Origin: an uncultured Gammaproteobacteria bacterium
GTDB taxonomy: Bacteria > Patescibacteriota > Microgenomatia > UBA10105 > UBA927
Assembly (NCBI GenBank): GCA_964449585.1
Contig: CAYUZE010000005.1
Location: 46,596 to 110,595 of the forward strand
Length of the DNA: 64,000 nucleotides
Direction of reading: 5' to 3'
Shown: one piece after another, positions 27,594 through 37,860 of the stretch
Numbering within the stretch: the first letter of the stretch is position 1
How the letters are laid out: every line of letters starts with the position of its first letter
Translations under genes and position numbers: made by a program
The notes under the pieces: model-generated
The model's input: the letters and a program-made list of their open reading frames with translations, nothing else
Told to the model about the DNA's origin: nothing
Databases searched by the model: none

Positions 27594-28550
27594 ATGAAAC
27601 TGAAGGATCTCTATGCATTGGCGGTACAAATGGGTATTGACGCTGACCCCCGCGGGACGCAACGCGTAAAGAAACTTTTGGAGCGACGCAAAAAAGAATA
27701 CGATGAACTTCCCGCAGCAAAAAAAGCGGAATATGATACGGAAGATTTAACAAACCCCTACACCGACTCCCGTATCTATCTGGGTGAACCCGAACAAGAG
27801 GTGGATTCGATCATGGCGGGCATCGATATCAATGCCGCCGAAGTATTGCTTGCCGATCGCTTAAACCAAAAGGGCGAAAGTATCGATCTGTTGCTCACGC
27901 ATCACCCGGAGGGAGCTGCCCTTGCCTCGCTGCACGAGGTGATGGAAGTCCAGGCGGATATTTGGGCGAAGTACGGGGTTCCCATCAACATCGCCGAAGG
28001 AGTCATGCGGGATCGGATCGGTGAAGTGCAGCGACGGTTTTCACCGATCAATCATACCGAGGCGATTGATGCGGCACGGTTATTGGGATTGTCCTTCATG
28101 GGGATGCATACGGTCACGGACAATCTGGTGCATCAGTATATGGAGGATTTATTTACCAAAAACAATCCGGAAACGGTCGGCGATATCATGGATCTTCTGA
28201 AAAATGAACCGGAGTACCGTGAGGCTATGAAAGGGAAAGCGGGTCCGGTGATTTTTGCAGGAGATGCCAAGAATAGAGCGGGAAAGATAGCCCCCATCGA
28301 ATTTACCGGCGGCACGGAGCCTTCTCACATCGTCTATGAAAAACTCGCCATGGCCGGGGTGGGCACCGTTATCGGGATGCATGCGGGAGAAGAACACCGA
28401 AAAGAGGCGATGAAACATCATATCAATCTGGTTATTGCCGGTCACATGAGCTCGGATAGTTTAGGGATGAATCTCTTGCTTGATGCGTTTGAAAAGCAGG
28501 GGGTGAAAATCATTCCCTGCTCGGGGCTTATCCGGGTGAAACGGAACTAA
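27594..28550 (+). CDS. NIF3-like (NGG1p-interacting factor) protein
   Basis: NPYTDSR, HHPEG, HT.TDN, AGHMSSDSLGMN. Confidence 0.85.
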   Translation: MKLKDLYALAVQMGIDADPRGTQRVKKLLERRKKEYDELPAAKKAEYDTEDLTNPYTDSRIYLGEPEQEVDSIMAGIDINAAEVLLADRLNQKGESIDLLLTHHPEGAALASLHEVMEVQADIWAKYGVPINIAEGVMRDRIGEVQRRFSPINHTEAIDAARLLGLSFMGMHTVTDNLVHQYMEDLFTKNNPETVGDIMDLLKNEPEYREAMKGKAGPVIFAGDAKNRAGKIAPIEFTGGTEPSHIVYEKLAMAGVGTVIGMHAGEEHRKEAMKHHINLVIAGHMSSDSLGMNLLLDAFEKQGVKIIPCSGLIRVKRN

Positions 28551-28561
28551 CAATCGACGCT

Positions 28562-29035
28562 TTACGAGAGGATAATGAGGAAAAAGAGCACGGTTGCAAC
28601 CTGCGTGATGACGCCGAGCGGAAACTGCGCTTTTGAGTGAAAAATGTTCGGCAATTTATAAAATGCATAGGCGATTTTCTCCGCAACGCCGGCATTGTGT
28701 CCCGGCTCATGTTTTTTCGCATGAGCAAAGAAAATATACCAGGGAGTTTCCAGCCAATCGGGAAGCAGGCCGAATATGACGGTAGCCAGCCATAGGCCGA
28801 AGGGGAGGTGCCGACCGAAAAAGACGTACGACAGGATAAACCCGACCGTTGTCTCGACGATCGCTAATATTCCCGTGAGCTTTTTCGGGCGGTTCCGCCA
28901 ATTGGTACCGAAATCCCAATGGGGGATGCTATCCATCACGTAATGGGAGGTGAGCGCGAGCAAACTTGCCGTAACGGGATCGGAAAAACGCGCGGCGAGC
29001 GCACCCGAAACAAGTGCATGTGCGGTTGCAGTCAT
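28562..29035 (-). CDS. Membrane protein, possible metal-dependent hydrolase
   Basis: MTATAH, SHYVMD.IPHWD, LPD, FH motifs; TACAAT 6 nt before ATG. Confidence 0.7.
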   Translation of the reverse strand: MTATAHALVSGALAARFSDPVTASLLALTSHYVMDSIPHWDFGTNWRNRPKKLTGILAIVETTVGFILSYVFFGRHLPFGLWLATVIFGLLPDWLETPWYIFFAHAKKHEPGHNAGVAEKIAYAFYKLPNIFHSKAQFPLGVITQVATVLFFLIILS

Positions 29036-29086
29036 GTTCTCATTGTATGATAAGATTGAGTTTGTTGCAAAAGGTCCTCGATTGAT

Positions 29087-30391
29087 ATGAAAGTATCCCA
29101 TATTACAAAAAAGATGGATCCGGTGCTCGATGTCTTGCGTACCAGGCTGTTTCGCCACTTGTGGGTGGGACAAATCGCCACGCAGCTTGCAAGCAACATG
29201 CTTATTTTTCTTCTGGCGCTTATTATTTACCGCTTAACGGGGAGTAATGTGGCGGTGTCCGGTCTGTTTCTGGCATACGGCTTTCCTTCGTTGCTCTTCG
29301 GCGTTATGGCCGGCACTATCGTGGATAGGCTTGATAGAAGAGCCGTTCTTATTATTGCCCATTTTACCCGCGCACTGTTAACCCTTGCCGTCTTACTTTC
29401 CGGCGACCGAATATCGGCAATTTATCTTCTGATATTCACCTACGCGATTATCAATCAGCTGACCACCCCCGCCGAGGTTCCGCTTATTCCGCAGTTTGTT
29501 CCCAAATCGCATCTTGTATCCGCGAATAGTTTGTTTTCATTTACGTTTTACGGAAGTATGGCAATCGGTCTTATTGCCGCGGGACCCGTGCTTCGTTTTT
29601 TCGGGAAAGACGGTGCGTATAGTCTGATTTTCATCCTCTATCTTATCGGTACCATTGCGGTAATAGGAATCCCGCCGCAAGGGGAAGGGATTAAATCGCT
29701 GCGAAACGTGTTGCGCTATGATTTTTTCTATATCGTAAAGCGGTTTCTCATCAACATGCAGATGGGAATTACCTATGTGGCAAAATCCCCGGTGCTTCGC
29801 GAATCGGTCGTGTTACTCACCGGCACTCAGGTAATGATTGCCCTCCTGGGAACGCTCGGTCCCGGGTTTGCGGATAAGGTGCTTCGCATCGATATTCGCG
29901 ATGCATCACTGCTCATCGTCGGTCCCACGATTTTGGGAATATTAACCGGTGCGTTGTGGGTGGGGAATAGAGGCTATCGGTATCCGCAGTCGCGGCTTGT
30001 CAACGTGGGTGTTACCGCGGCGGGAGTTATTCTTGTCGTTACGTCAGCCGTTTTTGCCGCAACCAATACGCTGTGGTTTTCCCTGGTACCGAGAACACTC
30101 GTGAACGGGTTGGCGCTCGGCCTTTTTTACCTTTTGGGCGTCGCCAATAGCTTATTGGACGTTCCTTCAAATACCATGCTGCAGAAAGAAGCGGAAGGCG
30201 ACATGCGCGGAAGAGTCTACGGCATTCTTTCGGCTTCCATCGGAGGGGCGGGTATTCTGCCCATTGTCGTGAGCGGATTATTGGCCGACCTTATCGGTGT
30301 CGGTACGGTGATATTTATCCTGGGGTGCATCGTGTTATGCTACGGGATAGTGCGTGCAACACGCAGCAAAACGGTAATCGGAGTACAATAA
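29087..30391 (+). CDS. MFS transporter
   Basis: 12 TM, GTIVDRLDRR motif A. Confidence 0.92.
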   Translation: MKVSHITKKMDPVLDVLRTRLFRHLWVGQIATQLASNMLIFLLALIIYRLTGSNVAVSGLFLAYGFPSLLFGVMAGTIVDRLDRRAVLIIAHFTRALLTLAVLLSGDRISAIYLLIFTYAIINQLTTPAEVPLIPQFVPKSHLVSANSLFSFTFYGSMAIGLIAAGPVLRFFGKDGAYSLIFILYLIGTIAVIGIPPQGEGIKSLRNVLRYDFFYIVKRFLINMQMGITYVAKSPVLRESVVLLTGTQVMIALLGTLGPGFADKVLRIDIRDASLLIVGPTILGILTGALWVGNRGYRYPQSRLVNVGVTAAGVILVVTSAVFAATNTLWFSLVPRTLVNGLALGLFYLLGVANSLLDVPSNTMLQKEAEGDMRGRVYGILSASIGGAGILPIVVSGLLADLIGVGTVIFILGCIVLCYGIVRATRSKTVIGVQ

Positions 30392-30395
30392 TGCT

Positions 30396-31241
30396 ATGAT
30401 CCCGACGATTTTTTCCCTCCCGCACGGCAGCTTCATCGTCATCAACAGTTTTGCCGTGGTGGGATGGCTGGTGTTTTCATTTCTATTCTGGCGAAGTCTC
30501 CGTCGTTTTGCCGTCGATGAAGATCGGGTTTTTGATCTTACCTTCTTTGCCACAATTGTCGCGATTATCTTTGCGCGCATCGGCTATGTGATGGCGCATA
30601 CCGAACTGTTTGCGGGAAAGTCATTGCTGCTTGTTGCCGCCATTTGGGTGGCTCCGGGGTTTTCGTGGCTTTCCGGGTTTATCGGAGGGGTTGCGACGCT
30701 CGTGATGCTCAGCAGGCAGTACAAGGTTCGTTTGGGTTTGGTGCTTGATGCGCTTGCCGTTTCATTGCCGCTCCCCATTATTATCGGAAAAGCGGGATCA
30801 TTGTTAACCGGCATTGAATCGGGAAAGGTTTTTGCCGCTCCCTGGTTAGGGGGGATATTCAACGGAGTGCATTCTTTTCGGCATCCCGTACCGCTGTATG
30901 AAATGCTGTCCCTCCTGCTTATAAGCGTGTTGTGTCTGCGTTTGACGATGCGATCGAATAAAGAAAAATGGCCGTACGGATTAGTGGGTCTTTGGTTCTT
31001 TTTTTGGTACGCGATAACGGGATTCGTGCTTGAATTTGCCAAAGAAAGTCATGTATACTGGGGAAGTCTCACCGCCAATCAATGGATGTTGATTGGCATT
31101 TTTGCTGAATGCGTCGGGGTGCTCTACGTCCGGGGCGGGGGAAGGGAACGTTTCCGGCCGATATTCTATAAATTTGTGAAATTTTTTGAAGAGAAAGGAA
31201 AGAAAATCCATGAATCAATTTCCACAAGACACGCTCACTGA
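30396..31241 (+). CDS. Lgt-like prolipoprotein diacylglyceryl transferase, divergent
   Basis: ARIGYV, LDALA, RHPVPLYE, NQW; canonical GRxGN appears as GKAGS. Confidence 0.75.
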   Translation: MIPTIFSLPHGSFIVINSFAVVGWLVFSFLFWRSLRRFAVDEDRVFDLTFFATIVAIIFARIGYVMAHTELFAGKSLLLVAAIWVAPGFSWLSGFIGGVATLVMLSRQYKVRLGLVLDALAVSLPLPIIIGKAGSLLTGIESGKVFAAPWLGGIFNGVHSFRHPVPLYEMLSLLLISVLCLRLTMRSNKEKWPYGLVGLWFFFWYAITGFVLEFAKESHVYWGSLTANQWMLIGIFAECVGVLYVRGGGRERFRPIFYKFVKFFEEKGKKIHESISTRHAH

Positions 31242-31572
31242 AATAAAAACTCACCTTGAGGAAGAGCAGGCGAGACTTGCTACCCGCATCGCGGAACTGT
31301 CCGGTCAAGACCCGTTTTCCGATCCGGGAAGAACAACGGATAACGCCGCATCCGATACCGAAGCAAGCGAAGAAAGCGATCATGATAGGGTTTCCGCGCT
31401 GGTGACCGAACTCAAAAAACGGCAAGATGAGGTGGAAAACGCGCTTGCCAAGATAGCGGACGGCACCTACGGTTTCTGCGTTGAATGCGGCAATATGATC
31501 GATACGGATCGATTGGCGATTCATCCGACCGCTACCATGTGCCTTACTTGTGAATCCAAAAAGAAGAAGTGA
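31210..31572 (+). CDS. TraR/DksA C4 zinc-finger protein
   Basis: GTYGFCVECG..RL..P.A.MCLTC. Confidence 0.9.
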   Translation: MNQFPQDTLTEIKTHLEEEQARLATRIAELSGQDPFSDPGRTTDNAASDTEASEESDHDRVSALVTELKKRQDEVENALAKIADGTYGFCVECGNMIDTDRLAIHPTATMCLTCESKKKK

Positions 31573-32276
31573 ACATTCCTATTCTCTACGAAGACGACGC
31601 GTTGCTGGTAATAAACAAACCCCCGGGTATTGTGGTCAATAACGCGCAATCCGTCGAGGGAGAAACCGTGCAGGATTGGGCGCATGCCCATTTAGGGCTT
31701 CCGGAACAGAGCACCCCCGTAGTTCCCGGCGACGACTTTCTTTCCCGCGCGGGCATCGTGCATCGGATCGATAAGGAAACATCGGGCTGTCTCGTTATCG
31801 CCAAAAACCCGGAGTCGTTTAGCGCGCTGCAATCGCAGTTTAAAGAACGAACCATCAAGAAAATATATCGTGCCGTGGCGCACGGGAAACTGCTTCCCGA
31901 AGCAGGGGAAATACGGGCTCCCGTCGGCAGATTGCCGTGGAATAGAGAACGCTTCGGGATCCTTCCCGGGGGAAAAGACGCGGTGACCCGTTATCGCGTG
32001 CTCCGATCCGGAACTTCGCATAACACCGTCGTTTCTCTGGTGGAGCTGTATCCCGAAACCGGAAGAACGCATCAAATTCGGGTGCACCTGAAGTACATTA
32101 ACCATCCGATTGTCGGTGACTGGCAATATGCGGGACGAAAGACCGCGCGAAACGATCGGGTGTGGGCGCCGCGCGTCATGCTGCATGCTTTTGCCATAAC
32201 GCTTACCCACCCTGTAACCGGGGCTTCCCTTGCAATTGAAGCCGAGGTACCGGATGATATGAAGAGTATCATCTAG
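31569..32276 (+). CDS. RluA-family pseudouridine synthase
   Basis: NKPPG, HRIDKETSG, TGRTHQIRVH, LHA. Confidence 0.95.
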   Translation: MNIPILYEDDALLVINKPPGIVVNNAQSVEGETVQDWAHAHLGLPEQSTPVVPGDDFLSRAGIVHRIDKETSGCLVIAKNPESFSALQSQFKERTIKKIYRAVAHGKLLPEAGEIRAPVGRLPWNRERFGILPGGKDAVTRYRVLRSGTSHNTVVSLVELYPETGRTHQIRVHLKYINHPIVGDWQYAGRKTARNDRVWAPRVMLHAFAITLTHPVTGASLAIEAEVPDDMKSII

Positions 32277-32279
32277 GAC

Positions 32280-34001
32280 ATGGAACACTCATTGTCGCTG
32301 GTCACCACTTTTTTATTGCTCCTTGCCGCCGCGTTAGGCGGAGGGGTGATTGCGATGCGCCTGAAACTCCCTTCCATTGTGGGCTATATCGCGGGTGGCA
32401 TATTGGTCGGGAATACGCTGAGCGCCTCCTTTGATCACAAGCTTATTAGTACTATTTCGGAAGCCGGTGTCACTCTGTTGCTCTTTACGTTGGGAGTGGA
32501 GTTTTCCTTTCATAAACTTAAACGCATCCTCCATCTTGTTTCCTGGCCGGCAATCGGACAGATCATCATTACGTTATTTGTCGTGCTGTTACTCTTGTTT
32601 GCCCTTAACGTTTCGTTTGTGCCCGCGCTGTTTCTTGCGAGTGCGGCGGCGCTTTCCTCAACCGCTATCGTGGTGAAACTGCTGTCTGAGCGGGGAGAGC
32701 TTGATTCCGTTCCGGGAGAGTTATCAACGGGCTGGCTCGTTATCCAGGATCTTGCGGTAGTGCCGCTCCTGATCCTTCTTACCGCCATATCGACCGTGAC
32801 AACGGGCGAAGGGAGTATTTTTTCGATCATCGGTACGATCGCCCTTGCCATGCTCAAAGCGGGTATCGTGATTGCCCTCGTGTTATACCTCGGGAGTCGC
32901 GGGGTACCCAAATTGCTCGGTGCGGTTGCCGGTTTTCGCAACCGGGAACTGTTTTTACTTACGACGATCGGCATCGTATTTTTCGTGGGGTTGTTAACGT
33001 ATGTTGCCGGCTTATCCGTGTCTCTCGGCGCGTTTTTGGCGGGGTTACTGGTTGCGGAAACCAGTCAAAATCACGCCGTATTTTCCGAAATTCGTCCGCT
33101 TCGTGATCTCTTCGCGGTAGTATTTTTTGTTTCGTTGGGGATGTCGCTCCCGGTAAGTGCGCTCGTTTCCTCATTGCCGGTTCTTGCGGCGATGACGATT
33201 GCCATCGTGCTCGTCAAAGGCGGGAGCATCTATGCGTTGCTTCGTTTCTTGGGGTACCATCGGAAATCGGCGTTCCTCGTAGGAATATATTTAACGCAGG
33301 TAAGTGAATTCGGATTCGTCATTGCGGGAACGGGCGTTGCCATGGGAGCGCTTTCGGAAGCGCAGTCCTCTCTCCTTGTGGCCGTAACCTTTGTTACGAT
33401 TCTGCTTTCCAGCCCCATGATAAGTCGCGGGCATGAGCTGTATTACTCGTTCGCACGTCTGATGAAGCGATTCCCCAAATTCTTTCGGGAAAATGCCGAC
33501 GACGCGATGCTGTCGAAAGAAGGCTACCCGATCAGCGATCACGTGGTACTTCTCGGGTACGGCAGAGTGGGAAAGTATATCGGTCGAGCGCTTGCGATGA
33601 GCGGCATCCCATTCCTCGTCGTTGATTATAATCAGCATGTGCTATCAGACCTCAAAAACTCAGGAATCCAAACGGTCTACGGCGATCCTGCGGACAAAGA
33701 AGTGTTGGATTACGCACAGGTTGATCTGGCAAAGGCAATCGTTATCGCCATTCCTGATAGGCATACCCAGGAGATGGTGATCGCAAATGCCTTATCGCTG
33801 AATCGAAAAGTTAAAATTATCTGCAGAACCCACCATGAAGCGGATCAGCGTCATTTGAAATCACTGGGAGTGCAGACGCTTATCCAGCCCGAGTTTGAAG
33901 GAGCGCTTACCATCGTGGCGAAATTATTCGGAGACTTCGGTATTTCGGATGAAGAATCCGCAGGTAAGATTGCGCGTCTGAAAATTGAGCACGGCATGTA
34001 A
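32280..34001 (+). CDS. CPA2 cation:proton antiporter with TrkA-N domain (Kef/YbaL-like)
   Basis: LSSTAIV, QDL, SEFGF, GYGRVG. Confidence 0.92.
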   Translation: MEHSLSLVTTFLLLLAAALGGGVIAMRLKLPSIVGYIAGGILVGNTLSASFDHKLISTISEAGVTLLLFTLGVEFSFHKLKRILHLVSWPAIGQIIITLFVVLLLLFALNVSFVPALFLASAAALSSTAIVVKLLSERGELDSVPGELSTGWLVIQDLAVVPLLILLTAISTVTTGEGSIFSIIGTIALAMLKAGIVIALVLYLGSRGVPKLLGAVAGFRNRELFLLTTIGIVFFVGLLTYVAGLSVSLGAFLAGLLVAETSQNHAVFSEIRPLRDLFAVVFFVSLGMSLPVSALVSSLPVLAAMTIAIVLVKGGSIYALLRFLGYHRKSAFLVGIYLTQVSEFGFVIAGTGVAMGALSEAQSSLLVAVTFVTILLSSPMISRGHELYYSFARLMKRFPKFFRENADDAMLSKEGYPISDHVVLLGYGRVGKYIGRALAMSGIPFLVVDYNQHVLSDLKNSGIQTVYGDPADKEVLDYAQVDLAKAIVIAIPDRHTQEMVIANALSLNRKVKIICRTHHEADQRHLKSLGVQTLIQPEFEGALTIVAKLFGDFGISDEESAGKIARLKIEHGM

Positions 34002-34043
34002 TAGGCCTGACGGTAGTTCGCTTCTTCTGGTACAATCTGTTTC

Positions 34044-35228
34044 ATGGGTTTTGACTTTCGCATCACAAAAAAAGACTCGGCGACGCATGCCCGTTGCGGG
34101 ATTATCACGACACCGCACGGAGTGATCCGAACCCCCGCATTCGTTCCGGTCGGTACGCAGGCAACCGTCAAGTCCCTAAGTCCCGACGAGCTTGACATGT
34201 TGGGCGTCCAACTGTTCTTTGTGAATACCTATCATGCATATCTTCGTCCGGGACTTTCCGTTATCAATAAATTCGGTGGTCTGCACAAGTTTATGGGATG
34301 GGCGGGCCCCCTTATTACCGACAGCGGGGGATTTCAGGTATTTTCGCTTGCGCGCCCCAAATACCAACCGACGGATAACGAAGAGCGGCTGCCGTCGCTT
34401 GTGAAGATAAGTGAGGATGGGGTGGAGTTTCGCTCGCATTGGGACGGATCCAAACATCACTTCACGGCGGAATCCTCCATGCGGTGGCAATGGGAACTCG
34501 GCAGCGACATCCATATTGCGTTTGACGACTGCACCGCCTATCCGGCAACCTATGAAACGGCTAAAAAATCGATGGAACGCACGCACCGTTGGGCAGTGCG
34601 CAGTGTTGCCGCACACAAACTTTTGGCAAAGCGGTACGCAAAGAAAGGGAAGCCCTACCAGGCACTGTACGGCGTCATCCAGGGCAGTATCTATAAGGAT
34701 CTCCGGGAAGCATCGGCACAATTTATCAAAACCCTTCCCACCGACGGCATTGCTATAGGCGGCGTTTCGGTCGGGGAGACCAAACAGGAAATGAAAAACG
34801 TGCTTTCCTACGTGTGGCCGCACCTGCCGGAGGAAAAACCCCGGCATCTGTTGGGAGTGGGGGAAATTGATGACATATTTACGCTGGTTTCTTACGGCAT
34901 GGATACCTTTGACTGTGTGCAGCCGACGCGGCTTGCCCGCATGGGGAGGCTCAGCGTGCGAAAAGCGAAGGGGCATGAAATCGATATAACGAAAAAACTA
35001 TGGGAAAAAGATATTCGTCCGATAGAGGAAGACTGCACCTGTTACACGTGTGCCAATTTTTCGCGGGCATACCTGCATCACCTGTTTCGGGTACGTGAGC
35101 TTCTGGCATATCGTTTGGCGACGATCCATAATTTGCATTTTATCCACACGCTTGTTGCCGATCTACGAACCGCAATTGCCGAAGGGACATTGCTTGAAAT
35201 GAAAAAAAGCTGGGGCTACAATAGATAA
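34044..35228 (+). CDS. tgt: tRNA-guanine transglycosylase
   Basis: NTYH, TDSGGFQVFSL, FDCV.PTR, CTCYTC..H. Confidence 0.96.
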   Translation: MGFDFRITKKDSATHARCGIITTPHGVIRTPAFVPVGTQATVKSLSPDELDMLGVQLFFVNTYHAYLRPGLSVINKFGGLHKFMGWAGPLITDSGGFQVFSLARPKYQPTDNEERLPSLVKISEDGVEFRSHWDGSKHHFTAESSMRWQWELGSDIHIAFDDCTAYPATYETAKKSMERTHRWAVRSVAAHKLLAKRYAKKGKPYQALYGVIQGSIYKDLREASAQFIKTLPTDGIAIGGVSVGETKQEMKNVLSYVWPHLPEEKPRHLLGVGEIDDIFTLVSYGMDTFDCVQPTRLARMGRLSVRKAKGHEIDITKKLWEKDIRPIEEDCTCYTCANFSRAYLHHLFRVRELLAYRLATIHNLHFIHTLVADLRTAIAEGTLLEMKKSWGYNR

Positions 35229-35250
35229 ATATCTTAAGGAGGATATAGTT

Positions 35251-35397
35251 ATGGGTTCATTCGGCGGTTTTTACAAAGGGGATAAGAAGAAAGCAAAGAA
35301 AAAAGATCTTGAAAAGAAAGCGCAAAAGCAGCTTTCCGGCAGTGCGTGGCAACTCCCGCAGGTGGAGATTATCAAAAAAGGCAAAAAAGAATGGTAA
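35251..35397 (+). CDS. Unannotated 48-aa lysine-rich protein
   Basis: AAGGAGG SD, MGSFGGFYKGDKKKAKKKDLEKKAQKQLSGSAWQLPQVEIIKKGKKEW*; stop overlaps next ATG. Confidence 0.75.
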   Translation: MGSFGGFYKGDKKKAKKKDLEKKAQKQLSGSAWQLPQVEIIKKGKKEW

Positions 35398-36350
35398 CGA
35401 AGGAGCACGCAAGCGCCAAGCGCCGTACCCGGCGCATCCTTACGCATGTCCTGCCGCTGATTGCACTGGGTTGTATCGTTGCGGTGTTTTTGTTTTTTGT
35501 TCGATCGGCACTTTCTCCGGCACCCTTTCGTGAAGCGATTGTGATTGCCAGCAACCCCGTGCATATCATTTCTTTTGACACCCGGGCAAAAAAAATAACC
35601 GCGCTTGATCTTTCGTCGGACACCGTCATTCCGGGAGCACTCGGCTACGGCAAATATGCCGTACGCGCCATCGTCTCATTGGATGAAATCGATCACCGGA
35701 ACGGTACCCTTATCACCGGTAGCATCGGTAATGCGATCGGATTGCCGATTGCGGGCTATGTGCGGATGGGGAATAGCGCTGACGAACCGCTCACCGCGGC
35801 ACTTTTGACCCGACTCTTTTCTATTGGAAGCATCCGGCAATATATGGCGGGTGAAATCAAAGGATCGGTACCGTTTCTTTCCTGGGTACGATTTGTGTTC
35901 TTAATGCATTCGCTGCCGGCGGACGGAATAAAAATTATCGATACCACCGCAATGACGAATAACCTCCCGTCTCCCGACGGGGGAACGTATCCGGAGTTGG
36001 ATGAAAGTCGGGTGGATTATATCGTCGATACCGCGTTTGTTGACGGCGGCATCCGAACCGAAGCCCTTTCGGTGGCTATTTATAATACGACAACGATCCC
36101 TGCGATCGGTACCCGTGTTTCACGACAACTGGCAAAAGTGGGAATGCAGATGGTGTTTGTCGGCAATCAGGAGGGAGACATTCCGCACTGCGTCGTTGCA
36201 AGTCCGGAAGAATATCTTCGTTCCAAAACGGTGTTGTTTATTACCCAAGCGTACGGGTGTACCGGCAAGATTGCACAAGAGGAAGGGAAAGATATCGGTG
36301 CGGATATCGTGATACTTCTTGGGAAAGGCGTTGCGGAACGGTTCAAATGA
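35391..36350 (+). CDS. Membrane protein with LCP-like and LytR C-terminal domains
   Basis: N-terminal TM; V.IYN.T...G, VGN, ADIVILLG LytR_C pattern. Confidence 0.7.
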   Translation: MVTKEHASAKRRTRRILTHVLPLIALGCIVAVFLFFVRSALSPAPFREAIVIASNPVHIISFDTRAKKITALDLSSDTVIPGALGYGKYAVRAIVSLDEIDHRNGTLITGSIGNAIGLPIAGYVRMGNSADEPLTAALLTRLFSIGSIRQYMAGEIKGSVPFLSWVRFVFLMHSLPADGIKIIDTTAMTNNLPSPDGGTYPELDESRVDYIVDTAFVDGGIRTEALSVAIYNTTTIPAIGTRVSRQLAKVGMQMVFVGNQEGDIPHCVVASPEEYLRSKTVLFITQAYGCTGKIAQEEGKDIGADIVILLGKGVAERFK

Positions 36351-36365
36351 CGCCGCTACGAGGTG

Positions 36366-37073
36366 TTACTCATCACCATCGGAATCTTTGGTCTCGCCGT
36401 CCGTATCATTCGCTTCGTCACCGTGTTCGCTCCGGGAGAAGGGGACATACAGCGCCGTTGTTGAAAATGACGGCTGATTGGCAAATCGCTTGCCGCGACC
36501 TGTTTCCCTGATGAACAGCGTCAGCGTGTTTTTTCCGACGGATTTCACCAGCGCCTGATAGGTATTGCCGACCCCTAAAAATTTGATGAGCCGAAACGAC
36601 AAATCATCGGGTAATGCCGCAAGATACGTGCCTTGATCGTTTCGCGCTTCCACCACGTGATTTTTAGCCTTAAGCTCAATTTCTTCGCCAGGGGATACGG
36701 TCATAAGTACTTGAAGCGGTGCGGTATTGACGCATTCCACAATTTTCGTTTTCCCCGGTTCTTCAAGAAACGACATGGGCGTAACGAATGATTTTTTGGT
36801 TTTTACGAGGTCTTTCTGGCGGACGACACCGAGTTTCTTGAGGTTTTTTGCGGCGATCTGGTTATACGTATCAAGTTTTGTTACTTTAAGAAATGTTTTT
36901 TTGGCTTCCGCAATCTCACCGCACTGAAGATACGCAAAGCCGAGACGGTTAAGATAACTGATGTTATTTTTGTTCGTTTTGAGAAGACCAAGATTGATGC
37001 GGATCGCCTCTTTCCAATCCTGGGCAAGCGCGGCCGCAATGGCTGAAGCGTCGGAAATTGTCGAGTCGCTCAT
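36366..37073 (-). CDS. TPR-containing conserved protein
   Basis: NRLGFAY TPR, FLEEPGKTK. Confidence 0.75.
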   Translation of the reverse strand: MSDSTISDASAIAAALAQDWKEAIRINLGLLKTNKNNISYLNRLGFAYLQCGEIAEAKKTFLKVTKLDTYNQIAAKNLKKLGVVRQKDLVKTKKSFVTPMSFLEEPGKTKIVECVNTAPLQVLMTVSPGEEIELKAKNHVVEARNDQGTYLAALPDDLSFRLIKFLGVGNTYQALVKSVGKNTLTLFIRETGRGKRFANQPSFSTTALYVPFSRSEHGDEANDTDGETKDSDGDE

Positions 37074-37138
37074 GGTGGACAAGAGTATCAGAGTGCCGTA
37101 AGATATGTCAATACAGAACATGCCCCGGACGCACAGGT

Positions 37139-37858
37139 ATGAGCGGACATTCCAAATGGAGTAAGGTCAAACATCAGAAGGCAACGACGGATGCCGTCAA
37201 AAGCAGGGCGTTTACGAAAGCCTCCCGTGCGATCACCGTCGCCGTCCGTGAAGGCGGGGGCATTGCCGACCCGGATAAAAATTTTCATTTACGATTGGCG
37301 ATCGAACTTGCCCGCTCGGTAAACATGCCGAAAGACACCATTGAACGTGCAATAGAAAAGGGAGTCGGCGGCGGGGGAGCAGCATTGGAAAATTTGGTCT
37401 ATGAAGGATACGGTCCCGGAGGGGTGGCGTATGTGGTGGAGGCGACTACCGATAATCATCAGCGAACGGGTTCGGAGGTGAAGCATCAATTTGACCGGTT
37501 CGGCGGAACGCTTGCAACTCCCGGTGCGGTACTGTACCAGTTTCAAAAAAGCGGGGTTCTGCTCATCGCAAAAGCGGGTAATACGTTTGATTCGTTGCTC
37601 GATCGGGTGATTGCCGCAGGTGCCGATGATCTTGTCGAACAGGAAGACGTCTTCGAGGTATATACGGCAAGTACCATGCTTGATAAGGTTAAGAAACAAT
37701 TGGAGTCGGAAGGGAGTATCATTGAGTCGGCGGAGTTTATTATGCGGTCGACGATGCAGGTTGCGGTGAGTGACGCCATACGGGAGAAAAATGAAGCGCT
37801 TACGGAAGCGCTTGAATCGCTCGAAGACGTCCAGCATATCTATACAACCATGGAGTAA
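37139..37858 (+). CDS. yebC: YebC/PmpR family protein
   Basis: MSGHSKWSKVKH, NMPKD.IERAI, YEGYGPGG. Confidence 0.96.
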   Translation: MSGHSKWSKVKHQKATTDAVKSRAFTKASRAITVAVREGGGIADPDKNFHLRLAIELARSVNMPKDTIERAIEKGVGGGGAALENLVYEGYGPGGVAYVVEATTDNHQRTGSEVKHQFDRFGGTLATPGAVLYQFQKSGVLLIAKAGNTFDSLLDRVIAAGADDLVEQEDVFEVYTASTMLDKVKKQLESEGSIIESAEFIMRSTMQVAVSDAIREKNEALTEALESLEDVQHIYTTME

Positions 37859-37860
37859 TC

